A stretch of DNA of 64,000 bases, taken from IMG/VR virus record IMGVR_UViG_3300032177_003246, one strand, 5' to 3'. Both the position numbers and the translations under genes were made by a program. Of the stretch, positions 63,332 through 64,000 are shown in pieces (within the stretch, counting starts at the first letter, position 1; the number at the start of each line of letters is the position of its first letter). The notes under the pieces were generated by a model. That model had not been told where the DNA came from. It saw nothing but the letters and a program-made list of their open reading frames with translations, and did no database searches. The stretch is from an uncultured virus (IMG/VR IMGVR_UViG_3300032177_003246) (taxonomy: Duplodnaviria > Heunggongvirae > Uroviricota > Caudoviricetes).

Positions 63332-63985
63332 TGGCCTCCCGCTGGTAGCGCGCGGCGTCCGCGAATCAACGCGGTGTACGACGCCGCAGTGTCTTTTCCG
63401 CTGCGCAAGCTCGACGCGAGGCTCGTCACTGCCACGACAGCGCCGATTCCCAGAGCCGCGTACGCGCCGTACTTGAGGAACTTCCACGTGTCCCCGGCTC
63501 CCGCCGATACGGCACTCGCGGTCTTCTCGACAGCCGTTCCTGCTTCGTGCCACACGGTCTTGGGCGGATCTGCCGGCTTCGGTGTGTGCATCGTCTGCCC
63601 GAGGATCCGCTGCACTTCAGTACCGACGTGACCGTGAAGGTTCTGGACGCGCTTGCTCCAGTTCTCGTACGTGTCCCAGTCGGTCTTCCACTCCTCCCAG
63701 GAACTTTGCTCGCTGTAGAACGCCTTCCACTCGTTGAACACCGGCATCACCGTGTCGTGCCACAGCGGATAGAGCGGACTGTTCCTGATCCGACGCGCGG
63801 ATCCGCTTCACGGCGTTGGCCGGATCGAGCCGGTGGATGTTGAGCTTGAGCGTCTCCGGATCGCCGCCCATCTTGCGGTACAACTCGTTGATCAGCTGAT
63901 TGAAGGAAGTGTCCGTTTCCTCGACGAGCTTGTCGCGATCACCAACGGTGTGAAACAGCGCGCCCGCGACGGCCGCCCGCGACAT
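63328..63985 (-). pseudogene. Frameshifted paralog of 56481-57272 (or assembly artefact)
   Basis: The two ORFs 63617-63985 and 63328-63750 join into one gene if 13 nt within 63787-63805 are removed. Confidence 0.6.
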
Positions 63986-64000
63986 CCCGTAGTGCCCGCG

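Overview
This GC-rich 64 kb window reads as the interior of a large virus or prophage-like element. The host is probably a myxobacterium (Myxococcota), judged from a Pkn-type Ser/Thr kinase, a myxobacterial-style TPR protein, an FGE/SUMF1 lipoprotein and a myxobacteria-typical small protein. Left half (about 0.8-29.6 kb, + strand): some 70 tightly overlapped small ORFs (ATGA/GTGA junctions), including an HNH nuclease, a GHKL ATPase with HExxH, a KxDG ligase-like protein, a kinase and RuvB. RuvB is preceded by a membrane-anchored RuvA domain III-only protein and a free-standing, apparently splicing-dead intein/LAGLIDADG gene. Middle (29.6-45 kb): two collagen-like BclA/BclB-type fibre genes beside a 2OG-Fe(II) oxygenase, glycosyltransferases and methyltransferases, with galE further on. 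Right (45-64 kb, mostly - strand): putative virion or membrane proteins (membrane-anchored lytic transglycosylase, many single-TM Pro/Gln-rich proteins, paralogous modules delimited by VG/IG/SG motifs), a double-HNH gene and infC. The most striking non-coding signal is a recurrent module: a palindromic GGGTA-N6-TACCC box at near-fixed spacing upstream of a sigma54-like GG-N10-GC element and a near-leaderless start codon. It precedes the ComM-like, RuvA-dIII, ruvB and several other genes. I recognised no terminase, portal, tail, capsid, integrase, rRNA, tRNA or CRISPR array. All family calls are from motif recognition by eye; no searches were run.
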